DNA from: an uncultured Methylomirabilota bacterium
Lineage (GTDB): Bacteria > Methylomirabilota > Methylomirabilia > Methylomirabilales > 2-02-FULL-66-22
Direction: 5' to 3'
DNA: 64,000 nucleotides
Assembly: GCA_963705305.1 (NCBI GenBank)
Contig: OY970067.1
Coordinates: 928,001-992,000 of the forward strand
Shown here: positions 49,774 to 59,919 of the stretch, in pieces
Layout: the number at the start of each line of letters is the position of its first letter
Position numbering within the stretch: the first letter of the stretch is position 1
The notes under the pieces: generated by a model
What the model saw: only the letters and a program-made list of their open reading frames with translations
The model's database searches: none
Told to the model about the DNA's origin: nothing
Position numbers and translations under genes: made by a program

Positions 49774-51290
49774 TGGGCGCCGCCACAACATCGTAGACTG
49801 ATTTCAGTGGACCGCCATAACATCGTAGACCAGTCGGGGTCGTTCCCCATGGCACAGGAGAGCCCGCCGCAGCGAGCAGCACGCCCAACGGTGTGGTGCA
49901 GCGAGCGCGGCGGGCGGGCTCCTGGGACTCAGCACCGCCCCCGCGGGAGCGGGTAGAGGGGAAGGACGACCGGCTCGTGGATCGGACAGGAGAAGCGCTT
50001 GACCACTCGGCCGTCCAGTTTGACGACGATCTCGCGGCGATGCGTGTAGAGGGTGGCCACCACATACTGCCGGGCCAGGCGCCGCCCGACCCGGTAGGCG
50101 CCCCCGGGGAGCGCGATGGTGCCCGTGTCGCCGACCCGGCGGACGAAGGAGATCCGGCCGCGGGCCAGGGGCAGGTGGAGCGCCCCCCGGGCATCCCGGT
50201 AGCGGTCCAGGGCGAACCCCGGGGGCAGCGGCCGAAGCAGTGCCTGCGCGGCGGCCAGGACCTCGCCCGGGAACCGCGAGCCGTGGGTGGCGACGGTGAG
50301 GCGCCGATGCGGTTTGCGGGTGTGGTAGTACCGGAGGAAGCGCGCACTCGTGCGGCGCACGGCGGGGAGATCGGCGCACCGGTGCCGCCAGAGCACCCGC
50401 GCTTGCCAGAGGCCGTTGAAGCTCTCGATGTCCGGGTTCCGGCCGGGCTCGCCGGGGGGAATGAACCACCAGTGGACCCCGCAGAGCAGGCCCAGGCGCA
50501 CCACTTGCGAGAAGGTGAACCCGTACGGGTTGCCCCCGACGACGCCAAACTCGTTATCCAGTTGGCTGACGGCCGGGACCCCCAGGAGTGTCCACGCGTG
50601 CAGGAAGTGCGCACAGAAGGCTTCGGTCCCCTTGGCGCCATAGTAGCTGGCGGCCGCCGCTCGGCTGACGTACTCCAGAGTGTGGAAGGCGAAGAAGCGG
50701 GTAACCCCGCGGGGGCCGCGGACATGGCGCGGGCCGACGAGGTCCGTTTGCTGCACGGCCCCCACGGCTGCGGCCCGGGGCGCCGGACAGGGCTGGCCCC
50801 GCCCGCGCCGACGGCGCCGCTCGCGGCGGGTACAGCCGTGCGCTTGCAGGAGCCGCTCGATCGTCCGGAGGCTCGGCAGCCGGTGCACCCCGCGCTGCTC
50901 CAGCTCCCAGCGGATGGCCTCCGCGCCCCGACCCGCAAAGGCCGTCCGGCGCGTCCGGTGGGCCACCAGCTCCGCGCGAATCCGCAGCACCAGGCTGACC
51001 AAGTGAGGTGCGGTCCGGCGCCAGATCCGGTGCGCGGCCCGGCTCCGGTCGTGGAGTCCCACCCGCCCTTCCTGACGGCAGCGCCTCCACCACTTCGCCA
51101 GCCAGCTCTGGCTGCGGCCCACCGCCCGAGCCACCTCTGCGAACCGGACCCTCTGCCGCAGCAGTGCAATCGCCTTGCAGCGTCGCGCATAATTACCTGT
51201 CTCGTCCACTGCGTCTCCTCCCCGTGTAAGGTTTCGGGGAGTCTACGCAATGGCGAACTATTTCACTCCACGATGCTATGGCGGTAACCC
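49774..51290 (-). mobile_element. IS481-like element
   Basis: IRs TGGGCGCCGCCACAACATCG and CGATGCTATGGCGGTAACCC, with internal repeats of CGCCA.AACATCGTAGAC. Confidence 0.85.
49929..51209 (-). CDS. IS481-like DDE transposase
   Basis: HTH, GLHDRSR, QQTD, QLDNE, IESFNG, YHTRKPH. Confidence 0.9.
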   Translation of the reverse strand: MDETGNYARRCKAIALLRQRVRFAEVARAVGRSQSWLAKWWRRCRQEGRVGLHDRSRAAHRIWRRTAPHLVSLVLRIRAELVAHRTRRTAFAGRGAEAIRWELEQRGVHRLPSLRTIERLLQAHGCTRRERRRRRGRGQPCPAPRAAAVGAVQQTDLVGPRHVRGPRGVTRFFAFHTLEYVSRAAAASYYGAKGTEAFCAHFLHAWTLLGVPAVSQLDNEFGVVGGNPYGFTFSQVVRLGLLCGVHWWFIPPGEPGRNPDIESFNGLWQARVLWRHRCADLPAVRRTSARFLRYYHTRKPHRRLTVATHGSRFPGEVLAAAQALLRPLPPGFALDRYRDARGALHLPLARGRISFVRRVGDTGTIALPGGAYRVGRRLARQYVVATLYTHRREIVVKLDGRVVKRFSCPIHEPVVLPLYPLPRGRC

Positions 51291-52093
51291 GATTTCAGAG
51301 GCAGCCGACATTCCGGGAGGGCTTCAGCCGACCCTAAAAGCGTATCAGGTTTACCTGTCAAGCCCAAACAATCCAGACATTGAACAGATTCAAGACCGAC
51401 TTGGAAATCAGAAGGAGACGTTGTTCACTGTTCGGCTGCTGGGATGGGCGTACCACGCGAAAGGAGTCGGATGCCGCAATCACGGAGATGTCAAGTGCAC
51501 CAACGAGAGCCTTGCGGCTGCCAAGACGTACTATGAGCGAGCCCTGAAGCTAGCAATCGAAAAGAACTTTCCAGGTGATCTACCTGTAGAGGCGAGAGCA
51601 TTTCTAACAAGGTCGGTAAGGAATCTTGCCGCCGCTATTGAGGTTGAAATTGCAATATCGGATTGGACGTTCAACAATGGCGTTCTAAGTCAAACCGCTA
51701 AAGATGTCCTCGGACAAGCAAAGCAGGTGTTCTTGGAACTTATTAGTGAGGCAGGTGACATCCCGGCCTCATATTACAATCTCATCGACTGTGACTCTTT
51801 GCTCGGCCAATACGAGGAAGCAATAAATGAAGTAAACCGAGTGCGCTCAGCTCCCTTGAAGGAGGCTGACCGCCTTATGATTAAGAAGTGGATGCTCGAC
51901 GTAGGTGGCAACCCAGAGATGAGCCCCCTCATAGCTTATGTCAAGCAGACGACAGGAAAGAGTTGGAAGGAGTTCCTCGACAAGCACTTTGGCTTTTGAG
52001 CAGGGCCGGGGCCTTGGGGAGCAATGAAAGACTGATAACGAGCATAGCATTATGCCCTGGAGGATGGTGTCAACTACGCCAATTTGTCTATTC

Positions 52094-53664
52094 TAGACCA
52101 TATGGAAAGACCGGCGCACCTATCGCAGAATAGCGTGGATCGTTCCATGGAGGAACGGAGCCACATGCGAAAGGAGGCGGGTCGTGAAACAGGATACCAT
52201 ATTGTGGCCCTCGACGACAGCAAGCGCACCCTGGTGATGGGATCCTCCGGCCCGGAGCGGACGCGCCGGAGACGCGCTCGATCCCGAACGAACCGCGGCA
52301 CCTCCGCCGCCTGGTGGAACGCCTCAAGCGCGAGGGCCCAGTGAGGGTCTGCTACGAGGCCGGACCGTCGGGGTACGATCTCTACCGCCAGCTCACCGCC
52401 CTCGGCGTCACCTGCTAGGTCATCGCCCCCGCCCTGACGCCCCGCAAACCGGGCGACCGGATCAAGACCGATCGGCGGGATGCCGCCAAGTTGGTCCGCC
52501 TCTTCCGGGCTGGCGAGCTCACGCCCATCCGCGTGCCGGATGAGGCGGGGGAGGCGGGGCGCGATCTCCTCCGGTGTCGGGAGGACGTGCGGGAGGATCT
52601 CCTCTGCTGGCGCCATCGCCTGGTGAAGTTCCTGGCCCGCCACGGTCGGGTGTACCGCGAGGGCCGGAACTGGACCCAGCGCCACTGGGCTTGGCTCCGC
52701 CGCCAGTCCTTCCCCCTCCCGGCGTTGGACCGCACGTTGGCGGAGTACCGCTGCACGGTCGAACAGCTGCTCGCCCGGGTCGCGGACCTGGACCGGGAGC
52801 TTGCCGGCCTGGCGGACACGGAGGCCTACCGCACGCCGGTGGGGTGGCTCCGCTGCTTCCGGGGGATCGACACCCCCGCGGCCATGACCCTGCTCACCGA
52901 GCTCGGGGACTTTCACCGTTTCCCGCACCCGCGGTAGCTCATGGCGTACCTCGGACTCGTCCCCAGTGAAGACTCGTACGGCGATCGAGAGCGGCGCGGC
53001 AGCACTACCAAGGCCGGCAACACCCACGCCCGGCGCATCCTGGTCGAGGCATGCTGGCACTACCGGCACCCGCCGCGGCTCGGGGCCGCCCTGGCCCGCC
53101 GGAGCCAGGGACAGCCCCCGGCCATTCGAGCCCACGCGTGGCGGGCCCAGCTCCGCCTCCATCGGCGGTATCGGCATCTCGTCGGCCATGGGAAACGCGC
53201 CCCGGTCGCCGTGGTGGCGTGCGCCCGCGAATTGGTCGGCTTCCTCTGGGCCGCGCTGACACACCCGGACCCGGTCGCCCTGGCGGCGTAGCTGGAACCT
53301 CGGAGGCGAGTGCATGTCATCCCATCCTGCGGCAGCCAGGGATCCGCGCGCGGTGCCGGCACGATTGGAGAGCCCTCGCCGTCCCCTTGCGACACTCGGG
53401 CCTTGGCCCGGGCGACTCGCGCCTTTAGACGGAGGCCGCTCCCGACGGAGCACGGTCATGCGGCTCGGCCCGGCAGGGCAATCCGCGCATATCAGAGTGA
53501 TTCGTCGTCGAAGCCGCCTCATCGGGCGCGGCCCCGGCTGCCGCAGGAACCCCGTCCCACGAACCGATGCCCGCTCCGTACGCTGCGTGCTCCGCGGGCG
53601 AGCCCGAACAACGGAGAGCGTTATCGCTGACACTTTACTCTTGACATTCGGCTTTCCATATCAG
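52094..53664 (+). mobile_element. Second IS1111-type element; transposase pseudogene at ~52184-53291
   Basis: Subterminal IRs ATATGGAAAG (52100-52109) and CTTTCCATAT (53652-53661); YEAGP, IKTDRRDA, YLGLVPSE, KAGN; internal TAG stops and frameshifts; TTGACA at 53641. Confidence 0.9.
53365..53500 (+). ncRNA. Predicted bridge/seek RNA core of the second IS1111-type element
   Basis: CGTCCCCT (53380-53387) complements the right flank; CATATCAG (53488-53495) equals the right end of the element; each sits beside a hairpin. Confidence 0.65.
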
Positions 53665-54019
53665 GGGACGTAGTAGAGATAATAGACTTATTTCCCTCAG
53701 GCTGGCTCCTCCATCCCCATTCTCCCAGTTCGCCGCGCGCGCTCCAGGACTGGTCGATCCTCCAGAATGACACGGGCCATGTGGACCTTGACGGGCGCCT
53801 CGCGTGGCCTCCGGCGTGCGCCGGAATGGCGCGGACGAAGTCCCGCCTGGCCCCACTACCACGGACTGGCCGCCTGGCGAGGCCAAGCCCACCGTTGTCA
53901 GCACAAGATGTCCGTGGTATGGTTCCGAAAGCCCTTCGGGCGATGTCCGCCCGCGGGGCCACTTCGCCACTTTTTTTCGGCGAGGCCCGAACACGGCCTC
54001 GCGGCGCCCGGCTGTGCCC

Positions 54020-54967
54020 ATGTGGATATTCGACCGACCGAATAGGCCATCCGCCGGCTCCGGGTCAATCGTCCGGGCGCTGGCCGTCTGCCTGGCCGCC
54101 CTGCTCCTCCTTTCCTCCTGCGCGCCGGATCAGAAGGCCCGGGGGCCGGAGCGCGAGGGGGATGTCCTCTTCCGTGCCGAATCCCCCGCCGCAACATCGG
54201 AGGGGGCCCAGGCCGTCCCGGGCCCGCCCCTGCATCGCCTGGGAATCCTGATCCCTGCCAAGGCGCCGGCCTGGCAGGCGGCATGGGTGGAAGGCAAGTC
54301 GAATGCCGGCGGCGGCCAAGGTGCCATGGCCGGTTTCGTTATGGGGATCGGCATGTTGCAGGCAGCCCCGGTGGCTTTGCTCTTCTGGCCGGCGGCTGTG
54401 GGGATGGTCGCGGGTGCCACCACCTTCGGGGCGCTGGGTGGCCAGATCGAAGAGACACCGCTGTCCCACGTGACACCGGCGGACCGCGCGGCAATGCTCG
54501 AAGCCGCCGGCACCCTCAAGCCCGACCAGCTGATGCGGGAGGCGGCGCGCGAGGCCCTGGACCGGCGTCTCCATCACCCGATGGAACTGGTGGAGGGTCC
54601 GGAGAACGCCAGCGAGCCGGGGCCGCAGTTTCTGGCGGCGGCCCACACCCGAGGCCTGGACGGCGTCCTGGATCTCACCCTGCAAGGCTTCGGCCTGGCG
54701 GCCGGGGAGGAGAAAAGAACCTACGCCGTCTTTCTGCAGCTTCGGGCTCGCATCCTGGGGGCACCGGACGGGCGGCTTCGATACCAGCGGATCTTCGAGT
54801 ACGGGCCCGGCCGGCCGCCGCTTCACGGTCCGAGGCCCGACTGGCACACGGTGGAGTTCTTGGCCATGGATCAGGCCCGGGTTTTCCGGATGGAGGTCCG
54901 GGAGGCGATCCTGAGGACGGCGCGGGCCTTGGCCAGGGATCCGGCACTTCCGGTGGCGGCGCCCTGA
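54020..54967 (+). CDS. Lipoprotein of unknown function (start uncertain)
   Basis: LLSSC lipobox; Gly-zipper-like hydrophobic segment. Confidence 0.7.
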   Translation: MWIFDRPNRPSAGSGSIVRALAVCLAALLLLSSCAPDQKARGPEREGDVLFRAESPAATSEGAQAVPGPPLHRLGILIPAKAPAWQAAWVEGKSNAGGGQGAMAGFVMGIGMLQAAPVALLFWPAAVGMVAGATTFGALGGQIEETPLSHVTPADRAAMLEAAGTLKPDQLMREAAREALDRRLHHPMELVEGPENASEPGPQFLAAAHTRGLDGVLDLTLQGFGLAAGEEKRTYAVFLQLRARILGAPDGRLRYQRIFEYGPGRPPLHGPRPDWHTVEFLAMDQARVFRMEVREAILRTARALARDPALPVAAP

Positions 54968-55285
54968 TTACTCGGCGGCTCTCCCGCCACGCAGCCGGAC
55001 GACCGTGGCGCCCCACCCGCCGCGCTCGGGAGGCGCGTCATTGAACTCGTCGACGAGGGCATGGCCTGTCAGGATCTTCCGCACGATGGCCCGCTGCGTT
55101 CCTGTCCCGCGGCCGTGAATGAGGCGCACCTCCCGGAATCCTCGATGGGCGCAGGCCTCCAGGTACTCCTCCACGACGCCGGGGATGTCACGGGGCGCGA
55201 AGGTGTGGAGATCCAGCGCGTCCTCGATAGGCACTACGACCTCGCCCTCGTCATCTTGCCCGGGAATGGTGTTGGGCGTCGTCAT
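54968..55285 (-). CDS. Stand-alone Smr/MutS2 domain protein
   Basis: LDLH, IHGRGTG, GGWGATVV. Confidence 0.92.
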   Translation of the reverse strand: MTTPNTIPGQDDEGEVVVPIEDALDLHTFAPRDIPGVVEEYLEACAHRGFREVRLIHGRGTGTQRAIVRKILTGHALVDEFNDAPPERGGWGATVVRLRGGRAAE

Positions 55286-55390
55286 GGGGTGACCCCGTCG
55301 AAATCCGAACGTCCAATCAATGGGCTCGGCGGATGCCGTCCTGGTACCTTTCCGGTCGCCGGTTTTCCAGTTTCAGTTGCAGGAGCAGCC

Positions 55391-56809
55391 TCACCCCTCC
55401 AGTGGCGGGCGGCGATTCCGCAGGGGGCTCGCCGTCTCGTACGCGCGGCCGAGGCGCAAGAGCGTGCCCTCATCGAAAAGCCGCCCGATCAGTTGAAGGC
55501 CGATGGGCAAGCCGGCCGTCGTGAGCCCGCACGGCACGGAGAGGGCGGGGTGTCCGGTCACGTTGAAGGGCCGGGTGCAGCGGGTTAGCCACCCGCGGAC
55601 ATCCTGGCGCACCCCCTCCAACGTCACCGTCTCCTCCTCCACCCGGGGGGCCGGGAGGGGGGTGGTGGGCGTCAGCAGCGCGTCCACCCGATGCAGCACG
55701 GCCTCCACCTCGGCCTGGATCACGCGGCGCGCCCGCTGGGCCTTGAGGTACTGCGTGGCCAGCACGAACTGGCCGGTGCCAAGACGCGCGCGGACATCCG
55801 GCCCATACTCTGCAGCGCGGGTTTTGAGGTAGCGCTCGTGATAGGCCGTGGCCTCCGAGGCGATGATGGCGAACGAGGCGGCCCCCGCATGCTGAATCCG
55901 CGGCAGCCGGATCTCTTCCAGCGAGACCCCGAGCGCCTCGAGGGCGTGCGCGGCCCCCTCGACGGCCGAGCGGACCTCGGGGTCCAGCCGCTCGAAGAAC
56001 AGATCCCGGACGATCCCCAGGCGGATGCCCCGGGCATCGCGTTCCATCTCCCGGATATAGTCGGGAACGGGCCGGTCCACTGTGGACGGGTCCCGCGGGT
56101 CCCGGCCCGCCAGAACCTGCAAGAGCAGGCCTGCGTCCATCACCGTCCGGGTCATGGGACCCACGTGGTCCAGCGACCACGCCAGGGGGATGACGCCGGC
56201 CCGGCTCACCCGGCCGTAGGTGGGCTTGAGCCCCACGATGCCGCACAGCGAGGCCGGAATCCGGACCGAGCCGCCAGTATCCGTGCCCAGGGCGCCGGCA
56301 CAGAGATCGGCCGCCACCGCCGCCCCCGAGCCGCTGCTCGATCCGCCCGGCATATGCCCGCGCTTCCACGGGTTTGCCGCCGTGCCGTAATGGGGGTTCA
56401 CGCCGGTGGGGCCATACGCGAACTCGTGCATGTTCAGCTTGCCCAGCAGGATCGCCCCGGCCTGGGCCAGGCGGGCCGCAACGGTGGCATCGGCCTCCGG
56501 CACCCACTCCCGCAGGATGCGAGAGCCGCAGGTCGTCCGGATCCCCCGGGTCATGACCAGGTCCTTCAGCGCCACGGGGATGCCGTGCAGCGGGCCCCGG
56601 TACCGTCCCTGGCCGATCTCCCGCTCGGCCGCCTCGGCCGCGGCGGTCGCCTCCGTCTGGAGGACGGTGAGGTAGCAGTGGAGCGAGCCGTCCAGGCGAT
56701 GGATCCGATCCAGGTAGGCCCGGGTCAGCTCCACCGGAGACAGGGCGCGGCGGCGGATCTGCTCGGCAGCCTCCGCCAGGCTGAGCCGGGTCAACGCATC
56801 AGGCGCCAT
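55391..56809 (-). CDS. Amidase-signature family amidase
   Basis: PLHGIPVALKD, GGSSSGS, GTDTGGSVRIPA. Confidence 0.95.
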   Translation of the reverse strand: MAPDALTRLSLAEAAEQIRRRALSPVELTRAYLDRIHRLDGSLHCYLTVLQTEATAAAEAAEREIGQGRYRGPLHGIPVALKDLVMTRGIRTTCGSRILREWVPEADATVAARLAQAGAILLGKLNMHEFAYGPTGVNPHYGTAANPWKRGHMPGGSSSGSGAAVAADLCAGALGTDTGGSVRIPASLCGIVGLKPTYGRVSRAGVIPLAWSLDHVGPMTRTVMDAGLLLQVLAGRDPRDPSTVDRPVPDYIREMERDARGIRLGIVRDLFFERLDPEVRSAVEGAAHALEALGVSLEEIRLPRIQHAGAASFAIIASEATAYHERYLKTRAAEYGPDVRARLGTGQFVLATQYLKAQRARRVIQAEVEAVLHRVDALLTPTTPLPAPRVEEETVTLEGVRQDVRGWLTRCTRPFNVTGHPALSVPCGLTTAGLPIGLQLIGRLFDEGTLLRLGRAYETASPLRNRRPPLEG

Positions 56810-57002
56810 GGGTTTCCTCCGCCGGAGGCAGCAGGACGGTGGCGGGCTCTACGTCGAGCAGGTCCAGCTCGTCCAGCCGGTCCAGCCCGTCGAGCTGGGC
56901 GCCCAGCTGCGCCACGGCGACCGGCAGATCCTGCGGTTCCACCGGAACCCGCGAGAGCTTCTGGCTGATGGTCTTCAAGAGGTGAGCGGTGATGGCCGGC
57001 AT
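56799..57002 (-). CDS. Small GatC-like partner of the amidase
   Basis: LDELDLLDVEPA; overlaps the amidase start; AGGAGG RBS. Confidence 0.65.
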   Translation of the reverse strand: MPAITAHLLKTISQKLSRVPVEPQDLPVAVAQLGAQLDGLDRLDELDLLDVEPATVLLPPAEETHGA

Positions 57003-57530
57003 GATCTCCTCCTGGAAAGTGGGGATGAACGGGTCGTACTCTAGCAAGCGCGGAGGCGATCTGTCCACCCCAAAGCCGAGGGGGAAAGCGGCAGGAACGG
57101 GAGTTTTTATGCGGGAGTTTTAGGCTGGGGGTCCTGCTGCACAACCAGGCGATGAGATGACTGCACGAGGGTGTTCCGGCGGGCGGGCGGAAGCGAGCGG
57201 ACAAAGAAAAAGGCCTCGAAGCATTCACGGCGTGCTGGCCGCCCCGGTGGACAAGGCCGGGAACTTCGAGGCCCGGCGATTGCTGGGATTCCGCAGACGA
57301 AACCCCGGGCGTTCGCCTGAGCGGGGAATCGCCTACGTTACAATCACCTCAGCTGTCCAGTTTAATATGCCCACTGGATCACCTCCTTTCTGCTGTAGCG
57401 CCACCCTACAAAGAACTTTCACCGGACGCAAGAAAAAAATGCGCGCCAAACGCGTCGATAACGATTTTTTGCGCCCGAGGGGCGCCGAGAGCCTTGAGCT
57501 CTGTCGTGCCACCGGGCAGGAGGGAGAGCC

Positions 57531-57890
57531 ATGGTTGACTGGCCGGAGCTGACCCGACGGAAGAAGCGCCTCAACGCCGAGATCCTGAAAAGCCGCATGC
57601 AGGTCTACTCGCGATTTCAGGAGGCGGGGAAGCAGGTCTTCGCCGACGGCGCCATCAGCAAGAAGCACAAGGAGCTCATGGCCCTGGCGGTGGCCATCTC
57701 CCAGAATTGCTTTGACTGAATCGAGCACCGTGTCGAGGAGGTCCTCGACCTGGGAGGAACCGACGCCGAGCTGGCCGAGGCGTTGGATGTGGGCTTGCTG
57801 ATGGGCGGCACCCTGGCTGTCAAGTCCGTGCGGTATGCCTTCGAGGTCCTGGGAGAGATTCGGAAAGCCAAGGGTTCCGGACGGCCCTGA
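57531..57890 (+). CDS. AhpD/carboxymuconolactone-decarboxylase-like selenoprotein (CxxU)
   Basis: DGAISKKHKELMALAVAISQNCFD-TGA-IEH...G.T..EL.EAL continues in frame; hairpin just downstream. Confidence 0.88.
57735..57750 (+). promoter_or_regulatory. Bacterial SECIS hairpin (approximate; stem spans 57733-57750)
   Basis: GTCGAGG-AGGT-CCTCGAC beginning 13 nt after the UGA, with G in the apical loop. Confidence 0.75.
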
Positions 57891-58081
57891 CGCCGGAGAG
57901 GGGGGTTACCAAGAAGTACGCGGCCAGGCCCACCTTGATGGCCACCGGATTTCCGCCCCAGAGGATGGCGAAAGCCCGGCGCCTTCCCCATCTTAGCGGA
58001 CGAGGCGCGTCTCCGGGCTCCGCGCAGAAGCGCAGCCGCTGAAGGTCTCGGGCCGGGTAGAGCGCAGCGATCGGCAAGCGG

Positions 58082-58618
58082 TCAGCCGCCCTCGGGAGTC
58101 CGCGCGTGCTTTCCGGGCTCGGGTGGAATATTCAGGACCTCGCGGGGGAAGTGCTCCACGATGTATTCAACGATGTCCTTCACCGACAGGATGCCTAGGA
58201 TGCGTCGTTCGGCATCTACCAGCGGGACATGCCGGAACCCGCCCACGCTCATCAGTTGCAGGGCGAAGGCGATGGGATCCTCCGGCGAAAGAGTCTCCGG
58301 ATTCCGGGTCATGACCCCGTCCACGCTCACCGCCGCCGGATCATACCCGGTACCCACGAGCTTGGTCAGGATGTCCCGCTCGGTGAAGATCCCGACCAGC
58401 CGCCCGGCCTCCTCCACCAGGACACAGCCGATGCGGTTCTGCTTCATCACGCGAGCAGCGTCCCCGATCGTCGTTCCCAAGGGAATGGAGATGTGGCGGG
58501 CGCGCAGGTGCAACGTGCTGATCGGATTGCCGAACAGCTCCCGACCAAGGACCTTTCCCGCTCCGGACTCGTCCTCGTATCGCAGATCTTCGTCGTAAAT
58601 CGTCTCCCCGGTTTCCAT
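58082..58618 (-). CDS. Tandem CBS-domain protein
   Basis: LVGIFTERD, VMTRNP, FRHVPLVD, GILSVKD. Confidence 0.92.
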   Translation of the reverse strand: METGETIYDEDLRYEDESGAGKVLGRELFGNPISTLHLRARHISIPLGTTIGDAARVMKQNRIGCVLVEEAGRLVGIFTERDILTKLVGTGYDPAAVSVDGVMTRNPETLSPEDPIAFALQLMSVGGFRHVPLVDAERRILGILSVKDIVEYIVEHFPREVLNIPPEPGKHARTPEGG

Positions 58619-58754
58619 GGATAATCCTCCCCCGACCCGTTGCTCCTCTCCGCACAGCGGCCGCACCGGCCGTGCGTGATGATAGGTCGCTGGCCGCCGA
58701 AGCGTCAACCGAAAGATGCCCCACCCGAGACGGATCAGGGAACCTCGCGAAAAA

Positions 58755-58919
58755 TCAGCTCTTTCGAGAGGTTTTGGCGAAGAAGCCGGTCATGAGGGGC
58801 TCGAGTTCGGTGGAGCCGCAGGAAGGGCAGACAGGCTTCTTTTCCTCCCGCTCCCGGATTGTCATGGTGACCGTGAATTCCTTTTGGCACTTGGTGCAGC
58901 TGAATTCGTAGGTCGGCAT
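58755..58919 (-). CDS. FmdB-family zinc-ribbon protein
   Basis: MPTYEFSCTKC...CPSCGS...FFAKTSRKS. Confidence 0.9.
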   Translation of the reverse strand: MPTYEFSCTKCQKEFTVTMTIREREEKKPVCPSCGSTELEPLMTGFFAKTSRKS

Positions 58920-59088
58920 GGCCATCTCTCCTTCCTGCCGCATGTTCGGCCAGGGCAGGACCTGCACTCGCATACAGTGTAGGGCCGAGCACCCGACATT
59001 TCCAGCTTCCAAACTCCTTGACTTCCCCCCCTGCACGCCTACAATCCGCAGGGATGATTTGGTTGACTCGTTGAAACAGGAGGAACCT

Positions 59089-59892
59089 ATGCCAACGCAA
59101 TCGCTTGCCGGTCTCCTTGGGGGCCGCACGGTATTCGACCTCGGCATGGAACTATACCCCGGCATGCCGCATGTTCCCCTCCACTCGCCCTTCATGTATC
59201 AGATGGTCCGGACGCACGGCGACCTGATGTACGGTGAAGGCGTGAGCGCGGCCGTCGACATCTTCAACATGAGCTGCCACACGGGCACCCACCTGGACGG
59301 GCTGGGGCATTTTGCCAAGAATCTCTGCCTGCACGGCGGGATCCCGGCGGATCAGGGACAGAGCAAGCTGGAGGGCATCAAGACCTGCGGCATCCAGACT
59401 GTGCCTCCCATGTGGCAGCGCGGTGTCCTCCTGGATGTGGCAGCCACGCAGGGTGTCCCCATCCTCGAGCCCACACAGGTCATTGGACCCAAGGACCTCG
59501 AGGCGGCGGCCAAGGCGGCGAACGTTCAGATCCGTCCCGGGGACGTCGTCCTCATCCGGACGGGCTGGATTCGCCTCTGGCCGGATCAGCGGAAGTACTA
59601 CAGCGTCCAGACGGGACAGCCCGGGGTCAACGCCGAGGCGGCCCGCTGGGTCACCGGGCAGGGGGCGGTGTGTCTCGGCAGCGACAACTTCGCTGTGGAG
59701 GTCACGCCCACGCCCAACAACACCCATCCCGTCCACATCCATTGCCTGGTGAAGAAGGGGGTGCACCTGCTGGAGGTGGCCAACCTGGAAGAGCTTAGCC
59801 GGACGAAGACGTTCGAGTTCCTGCTGGTCCTGGTGCCCATGAAGATCCGGGGAGGAACCGCCAGTCCCATTCGCCCACTGGCGGTGGTCTAG
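59089..59892 (+). CDS. Cyclase/kynurenine-formamidase family metal hydrolase
   Basis: HTGTHLDGLGH, GDVVLIRTGW, GSD, GGTASPIRPLA. Confidence 0.92.
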   Translation: MPTQSLAGLLGGRTVFDLGMELYPGMPHVPLHSPFMYQMVRTHGDLMYGEGVSAAVDIFNMSCHTGTHLDGLGHFAKNLCLHGGIPADQGQSKLEGIKTCGIQTVPPMWQRGVLLDVAATQGVPILEPTQVIGPKDLEAAAKAANVQIRPGDVVLIRTGWIRLWPDQRKYYSVQTGQPGVNAEAARWVTGQGAVCLGSDNFAVEVTPTPNNTHPVHIHCLVKKGVHLLEVANLEELSRTKTFEFLLVLVPMKIRGGTASPIRPLAVV

Positions 59893-59919
59893 CCGACGCC
59901 CCGTCCCGAGGATGCGCTC

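Larger units (their letters stand above)
49409..51999 (+). pseudogene. Two-TM plus helical/TPR-like protein interrupted by an IS
   Basis: Removing 49774-51290 joins the two halves in frame into 357 aa. Confidence 0.7.

Noticed and set aside
49800..49807. GATTTCAG repeated at 51291-51298 as a target-site duplication
   Set aside because: That boundary leaves an IR-like copy outside the element and a stop in the host frame; the 49774 boundary restores the reading frame.
57895..58080. Possible riboswitch or ncRNA between convergent genes
   Set aside because: No recognisable aptamer, and the position is wrong for a riboswitch; it reads more like a membrane-protein gene fragment on the minus strand.
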